From positions 96,001 through 160,000 of the forward strand of contig CBDCKN010000012.1 of NCBI GenBank assembly GCA_965218295.1: a DNA stretch of 64,000 nucleotides, given 5' to 3'. Below the pieces are notes generated by a model. The model was not told the origin of the DNA and did no database searches. It saw only the letters and a program-made list of their open reading frames with translations. Shown here piece by piece: positions 58,629 through 64,000 of this stretch (positions are counted from its first letter, which is position 1; each line of letters begins with the position of its first letter). The stretch comes from Longimicrobiales bacterium. GTDB lineage: Bacteria > Gemmatimonadota > Gemmatimonadetes > Longimicrobiales > Gaopeijiaceae. The translations under genes and the position numbers were made by a program.

Positions 58629-58867
58629 TCAGCGCACGCGCTCTCCCGCGATCCACACCGACTCTATACTCCGGGCGTTGGCGATGTCCTCCAGGGGGTC
58701 CCCCGTCAGCACGACGAAATCGGCCCAACGACCCGCCGCCAGCGTCCCGATCTCGTCCTCGACACCCAGGCAGCGGGCGGCATCGGAGGCCCCGCCTCCA
58801 CGCCCGAGCGCCATCAGGCCACCGAGGCCGAGCAGAAGGGCCGGGCGGCACGCGTAGTCCGAGTCAT
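58629..58867 (-). pseudogene. Amidohydrolase remnant: signal-peptide-like start fused to the last ~50 residues
   Basis: ALLLGLGGLMALG followed directly by DAARCLG...IGTLAAGRWADFVVL.GDPLEDI.NARSIESVWIAG; the coupled ATG at 58867 is out of frame. Confidence 0.7.
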
Positions 58868-60165
58868 GTTCCCCTCCTCAGCTTCGAGCGCTTCACGAAA
58901 TCCACGGACATGCCCAGCTCTTCACCCACCAGGGCAGCCAGTGCCTCAGCCGGCTGGCCCCAGGGGATGTCGTCTCCGAGACAGAGCCGCCGTCCGCCCT
59001 TCAAGAACGCGCGGATCCTCACCTTGCGCTCCGCCTTTGCGCCGTCACCCACCCGGCTGCTCACGTCCATCTCCACACGCTCGACGTCCTCGATACGAGC
59101 CAAGCGCGTGACGGGCAAGAGAAACCACCGCCGGGTCGAGATCTTCCCGTTCCGGATCTCGACCACCAGAGAGTTCATGAGCGAGTACAGGCCCAGGAAC
59201 ATCATGAGAGCGCCGAGCCCGCCGAAAGTCACGAGGAAGATCGACGTGAAGCCCACCGCGACGGCGCCGAACACCGTGCCGTCCATCATCTCCAGGATGG
59301 TTCCGAAGAAGAAGACACCAGCGCCCGTAAAGACGGCCCCGAACACCACGAGCATCACGCCGGCCAAGCCGCCGCGGCCCACGGGATAGTGGAGGGTCAC
59401 ACCAGAGCCACGCCTCCTCATGCGGACCACTTCGTCGGGCAGGTGCGTGGCCTCGACGGTGGAGGGCGTAGACAGGGCCGACCGGCTGGCGCGCAGAACC
59501 GGATCCACGAGCAGCACCGGCATCTCGAAAGTCTGATCCAGGTCCGCACCGGGAAGATCTCCCTGAATACGGACGATCCACTTGTGATAGTCGTCGGACT
59601 TCTCGGCAGTGGGCGGCAGATCCCCGGGGACCTGGAACGTGAAGCGAAGGCGCAGGCCCCTGCCCGAGCGCTCGACCTCGGGAAGCATCTCCTCGGCCCA
59701 CTCGATGGACTCCTTGCGCGATGATCCGTCACTCGTCTTCTGCAGTCGATCCCGGATGCACACCAGGAGGACCCGGGCCTCGAGATCGTCCACAGGGTGG
59801 AGCGGAAGCTCCAGCGAGCCCCCGACATGGCCACCCAGCGAGCCGGGGTGGGGGTCGAGCTGCAGGCGGAGGCCGCGGAAGCGCCTCCAGCGAAGGGTCT
59901 CTCGCATGGCCATGGCCAGGAGGAGGAACCCCACCAGGGTGAAGACCGGGAGCAAGAAGGCCAGGAACAGACCCAGCTCGTCGTCTCTGAAGAGGGCGAT
60001 CCAGCCCACGGGAATCCCGATGACATTCCAGATGAGGGCTCCCACCCAATAGGTGAGGAGCTCCCGGCCCACGGTCGATCGTGTCCACCCTTCCGACCAG
60101 CCGGGGTGACTGAGGAGCGCCCGCTGGACCTCGTCCGGTGATTGGCTCTGCATAGTCACCTGCAC
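58864..60165 (-). CDS. Hypothetical integral membrane protein
   Basis: Two pairs of TM helices flanking a soluble beta domain (LDPHPGSLGGHVGG). Confidence 0.7.
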   Translation of the reverse strand: MQVTMQSQSPDEVQRALLSHPGWSEGWTRSTVGRELLTYWVGALIWNVIGIPVGWIALFRDDELGLFLAFLLPVFTLVGFLLLAMAMRETLRWRRFRGLRLQLDPHPGSLGGHVGGSLELPLHPVDDLEARVLLVCIRDRLQKTSDGSSRKESIEWAEEMLPEVERSGRGLRLRFTFQVPGDLPPTAEKSDDYHKWIVRIQGDLPGADLDQTFEMPVLLVDPVLRASRSALSTPSTVEATHLPDEVVRMRRRGSGVTLHYPVGRGGLAGVMLVVFGAVFTGAGVFFFGTILEMMDGTVFGAVAVGFTSIFLVTFGGLGALMMFLGLYSLMNSLVVEIRNGKISTRRWFLLPVTRLARIEDVERVEMDVSSRVGDGAKAERKVRIRAFLKGGRRLCLGDDIPWGQPAEALAALVGEELGMSVDFVKRSKLRRGT

Positions 60166-60195
60166 GTGTCGCTGCCCACGGCGGGGCCCTCCTAG

Positions 60196-61827
60196 CTAGG
60201 CCCCGCTCTCCTTGCTCTCCGGCTTGCCGTACAGCTCCCGCAGCCGGGTCTTCTGGACCTTGCCGGTGCCACCTACCGGCATCGACTCGACGAAGACGAC
60301 CGCCTCGGGGATCCACCACTTGGCGACCTTGCCCTCCAGGAAGCCCAACAGCTCCTCCTTCGTGACGGACGCGCCCTCCCTCACCTGCACGATCAGGAGG
60401 GGACGCTCGGTCCACTTGGCGTCGGGAAGGCCGATGACCGCCGCCATCGCCACGCCCGGGTGGCCCATGGCTACGTTCTCCAGGTCGATGGAGCTGATCC
60501 ACTCCCCCCCCGACTTGATCACGTCCTTGGCCCGGTCCGTGATCTGCATGTAGCCGTGCGAGTCCAGAGACGCGATGTCACCCGTGGAGAACCACCCCTC
60601 GGCGTCCAGGATTTCCTCGTCGTGCTCGTAGTAGCTAGAGCAGACCCAGGGGCCCCGCACCTGGAGCTCACCGACGGCCTCGCCGTCGTGAGGCAAAGCC
60701 TTCCCATCTTCGTCCACGATCCGCCAATCGACTCCGAAGATCCGCCTGCCCTGCCTCACCTGCACGCCCAGGCGCTCCTCGATGGGCATCTGGCGAAGCT
60801 CGGGCGTGAGAACATTGAGGGAGCCGATGGGACTCGTCTCCGTCATCCCCCAGCCCTGACGGAATTCGATCCCGAACTCCTCCTCGAATGCCCGGATCAT
60901 GGACCTGGGAGGGGCCGCGCCGCCGACCGCCACCACCTCGAGGCTCGGAACGCCCGCGTCGTTGGCACGCCAGTAGTCGAGGAGCCCCATCCAGATGGTG
61001 GGCACTCCGGTGCTGACGACGACCTTCTCATCTCGCATCAGCCGGGTCAGGCTCTCCCCGTCCATGTGTGGACCCGTGAAGACGAGCTTGGCTCCCAGGA
61101 TGGCCGCCGAGTAGGGGGTCCCCCAGGCGTTGGCGTGGAACATGGGGACGACCGGAAGCATGGCCTGGCCCTCCTTGACCCCCAACGCGTCGGGCAAGCT
61201 GGCGGCGAAGGCGTGCAGCACCGTGGAGCGGTGACTGTAGAGGACCCCCTTTGGGTTCCCGGTAGTGCCCGAGGTGTAGCACAGGGACGCCCCGGCGTTC
61301 TCTTCGAGCACGGGCCATTCGTACTCCCCGGGCTGCCCCTCCAGGAGCTCCTCGTAGCAGAGAAGGTCCGAGAGAGACGACTCGCGCATCGTCTCCCTCC
61401 CCGTCATGACCACCACGTGCTCGACGGTCTCCAGCCGGTCGGTCACCGCGGCGACGAGCGGGACGAATGTCAGGTCCACGCAGAGGATCCGGTCCTCGGC
61501 GTGGTTGATGACGTATGTGAGCTGATCGGGATGGAGGCGAGGGTTCATGGTGTGGCAGATGGCCCCCATGCCCGACACGCCGTAGTACAGCTCCAGATGA
61601 CGATACCCGTTCCAGGCGATGGTCCCCACCCGGTCCCCCTCACCGATGCCCAGCCCGGCCAAGCCGTGGGCGAGCTGGGCCGAACGGGCACGGACGTCCT
61701 TCCACGTGTACCGATGCACCGGACCTTCCACCGTCTGAGAGACGACCTCGATGTGCCCGTGCATGTCCGCTGCGTAGTCGATCAGTGAGGATATGAGCAG
61801 GGGATGGTCCATCATCAGGCCACGCAT
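60196..61827 (-). CDS. Medium/long-chain acyl-CoA ligase (AlkK/DmdB-like)
   Basis: [45 protein letters not shown]. Confidence 0.92.
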   Translation of the reverse strand: MRGLMMDHPLLISSLIDYAADMHGHIEVVSQTVEGPVHRYTWKDVRARSAQLAHGLAGLGIGEGDRVGTIAWNGYRHLELYYGVSGMGAICHTMNPRLHPDQLTYVINHAEDRILCVDLTFVPLVAAVTDRLETVEHVVVMTGRETMRESSLSDLLCYEELLEGQPGEYEWPVLEENAGASLCYTSGTTGNPKGVLYSHRSTVLHAFAASLPDALGVKEGQAMLPVVPMFHANAWGTPYSAAILGAKLVFTGPHMDGESLTRLMRDEKVVVSTGVPTIWMGLLDYWRANDAGVPSLEVVAVGGAAPPRSMIRAFEEEFGIEFRQGWGMTETSPIGSLNVLTPELRQMPIEERLGVQVRQGRRIFGVDWRIVDEDGKALPHDGEAVGELQVRGPWVCSSYYEHDEEILDAEGWFSTGDIASLDSHGYMQITDRAKDVIKSGGEWISSIDLENVAMGHPGVAMAAVIGLPDAKWTERPLLIVQVREGASVTKEELLGFLEGKVAKWWIPEAVVFVESMPVGGTGKVQKTRLRELYGKPESKESGA

Positions 61828-62023
61828 GTCGGCCTCCTAGCGCTGGGGAGCAGACCCCTTATCATGGGGTGCTGAAAGTATGCCGGGTGACGCCGGGGAG
61901 CACCCCCGGCCCCCGGAGAGGCCGTCTGAGAACCCTTTGCCCGGCGCCATCGACCGGTCCCATCTTCAGGAGGCCCCACGCTGGCTTTATACAGGCTCAA
62001 AACACACTGACGCCGATATCGAG

Positions 62024-64000
62024 ATGAGTCGAACCATGAAGATGCCCCGCGCCTACGCTATCCTCACTTCCTGGATCCTTGCGTGGCCCCCCCTGCTGGT
62101 CCTCGGGACGTCGGCCCAGGCCCAGGAGGAGGCTCCTAGCGACCCCCTGGCCGTCACCAGCTTCCTGAAGTGGCGCGAGATCGGTCCCGCCGTCGTCGGC
62201 GGGCGCATCAGCGACCTCGCCGTAGACGAGTCGGACACGCGCGTCATCTACGTGGGCACGGCCACGGCCGGCGTGTGGAAGAGCACCAACCACGGCACGA
62301 CGTGGACCGCCCTCTTCACCGACGAGTCCACGGCTTCCATCGGGGACGTCACCCTCGCCCCATCGAACCCGAACGTGGTGTGGGTGGGAACGGGCGAGCC
62401 GCAGAACCGACAGAGCTCTCCGTGGGGAGACGGTGTCTTCAAGTCCATGGATGGAGGGCGCACGTGGACCAACGTCGGTCTCCAGGAAACCCGGCACATC
62501 TCCCGCATCCTCGTGCACCCGCGGAACCCGGACATCGCCTACGTGGCGGCCGTCGGCAACCTCTGGAGGTCGAGCCCGGAGCGTGGCGTCTACAAGACCA
62601 CCGACGGGGGCGCCACCTGGGATCTGGTCCTCTTCGTGGACAACGAGACCGGAGCCATCGACCTGATCATGGATCCGGCCGACCCCAACACGCTCTTCGC
62701 GGCCATGTACCAGCGCCAGCGGACGGCGTGGGGCTTCAACGGTGGCGGCCCGGGGAGCGGCATCTACCGTACCCTGGACGGCGGCGCCACCTGGGAGCGC
62801 CTTGCGGACGGCCTCCCCGAGGGTGACCTGGGGCGCATCGGGCTCGACGTATACAGGAGGGACGGCAACCTGGTCTTCGCCACCGTTCAGGCCCGCCGGG
62901 GCCAGAGCGGTGTCTACGCCTCGAGGGACCGCGGTGACACGTGGGAGATGTTCTCGAGCACCAACCCCCGCCCTATGTACTTCAGCATGATCCGGGTGGA
63001 TCCGAACAACCCCGAGCGAGTCTACGTCGGCGGCCAGAACCTCATGCGCTCCGACGACGGGGGACGGACGTTCACGAGCGGCGGAGCCCGCAACGTCCAC
63101 CTCGACCACCACGCCCTGTGGATCGACCCGTCCGACTCGAACCACCTGATCCTGGGAAGCGACGGCGGCGTCTCGACCTCGTTCGACGGCTCGGAGACGT
63201 GGCGTTTCTACGACAACCTCCCCATCGCCCAGTTCTACGAGATTGGCTACGACACGCGGAATCCGTACTGGGTATGCGGAGGACTCCAGGACAACGGAAG
63301 CTGGTGCGGCCCGACCAACACCCTCGACAGCCAGGGCATCCGGAACGCCGACTGGCAGAACATCGGGGGTGGGGACGGCTTTTACGTTCAGGTCGACCCC
63401 CTCGACTCGAGCGTGCTCTACGCCGAGTCCCAGAACGGCCGCGTGAGCCGCGTGGACCTCGAGACGGGAGAGCGCACCTCGATCGCACCTCGGCCCAACT
63501 TCGAGCTGGAAGAGGGCTCGTCCCCGAAGAAGGAGCATCCCGCGGCGGACGATCCCGACCCCGAGGACGCTCAGTACCGCTTCAACTGGAACACGCCTAC
63601 GCTGATCTCGTCCCACGATCGGAACACGCTGTACACGGGCAGCCAAATGCTCATGAAGAGCACGGACCGGGGCGTGAGCTGGACCCAGATCAGCCCCGAT
63701 CTGACCTTCGACATGGATCGGTCGCAGCTGCCCATCATGGGGGCCCTGCCCTCGGACTCCATGTTGTCCCGTCACGATGGCGTGTCGTACTACGGCACGC
63801 TCACCACGGTGGGCGAATCGTCCATGAACCGCGATGTCCTCTACACCGGCAGCGACGACGGTCGGGTCATGGGGACCCAGGACGGTGGCGCCAACTGGAC
63901 GGATCTCACGCCCAACATCACGGGCCTGCCCGAGAACACGTATGTGAGCCGTCTGGTGGCCTCCAACGCTCGTGAGAGCCGAATCTACGCCACCTTCGAC
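62024..64000 (+). CDS. Secreted VPS10/BNR-repeat beta-propeller protein, runs off the window end
   Basis: Manual translation: signal peptide, WREIGP...GGRI.D, repeated S.DGG.TW Asp-boxes, GGLQDNG, GGDGF, YRFNWNTP. Confidence 0.9.
   Translation, partial: MSRTMKMPRAYAILTSWILAWPPLLVLGTSAQAQEEAPSDPLAVTSFLKWREIGPAVVGGRISDLAVDESDTRVIYVGTATAGVWKSTNHGTTWTALFTDESTASIGDVTLAPSNPNVVWVGTGEPQNRQSSPWGDGVFKSMDGGRTWTNVGLQETRHISRILVHPRNPDIAYVAAVGNLWRSSPERGVYKTTDGGATWDLVLFVDNETGAIDLIMDPADPNTLFAAMYQRQRTAWGFNGGGPGSGIYRTLDGGATWERLADGLPEGDLGRIGLDVYRRDGNLVFATVQARRGQSGVYASRDRGDTWEMFSSTNPRPMYFSMIRVDPNNPERVYVGGQNLMRSDDGGRTFTSGGARNVHLDHHALWIDPSDSNHLILGSDGGVSTSFDGSETWRFYDNLPIAQFYEIGYDTRNPYWVCGGLQDNGSWCGPTNTLDSQGIRNADWQNIGGGDGFYVQVDPLDSSVLYAESQNGRVSRVDLETGERTSIAPRPNFELEEGSSPKKEHPAADDPDPEDAQYRFNWNTPTLISSHDRNTLYTGSQMLMKSTDRGVSWTQISPDLTFDMDRSQLPIMGALPSDSMLSRHDGVSYYGTLTTVGESSMNRDVLYTGSDDGRVMGTQDGGANWTDLTPNITGLPENTYVSRLVASNARESRIYATFD

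Noticed and set aside
1..64000. CRISPR array, tRNA or rRNA genes
   Set aside because: I saw no regularly spaced repeat-spacer series, cloverleaf or rRNA-like sequence.

Overview
High-GC (about two-thirds G+C) bacterial chromosomal segment. Gene content and style suggest Gemmatimonadota (Longimicrobiales-like); this is inference only. Most of it is housekeeping: a LeuA-family gene (truncated), M20 peptidases, an NTP-transferase, a long minus-strand operon (PTPS, folE, Trm112-like, TPR, OsmC, fadD, cutA, TPR, macrodomain, transglutaminase, ABC exporter, TerB), pteridine reductase/folK/folB, MerC-like/Fur-family pair, a GGDEF-PilZ cyclase, orphan cytochrome b, fumC, trxB, ferredoxin-NADP reductase, mlaEFD, rho, DAK2-DegV, ada, an HDAC, thyX and a VPS10-type protein (truncated). 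Features the ORF track hides: (1) an OsmC-like probable selenoprotein with an in-frame UGA and a SECIS-like hairpin; (2) a 6S-RNA-like gene with its own promoter and terminator, bracketed by a 17-bp inverted repeat, one arm of which fills the -35/-10 spacer; (3) a YTAG-targeting MITE family whose two complete copies sit on stop codons; (4) an HNH-endonuclease intein inside the ThyX catalytic motif; (5) an intact IS256-family element with an 8-bp target duplication; (6) three genes collapsed by internal deletion; (7) several single-base homopolymer frameshifts that are probably sequencing errors.
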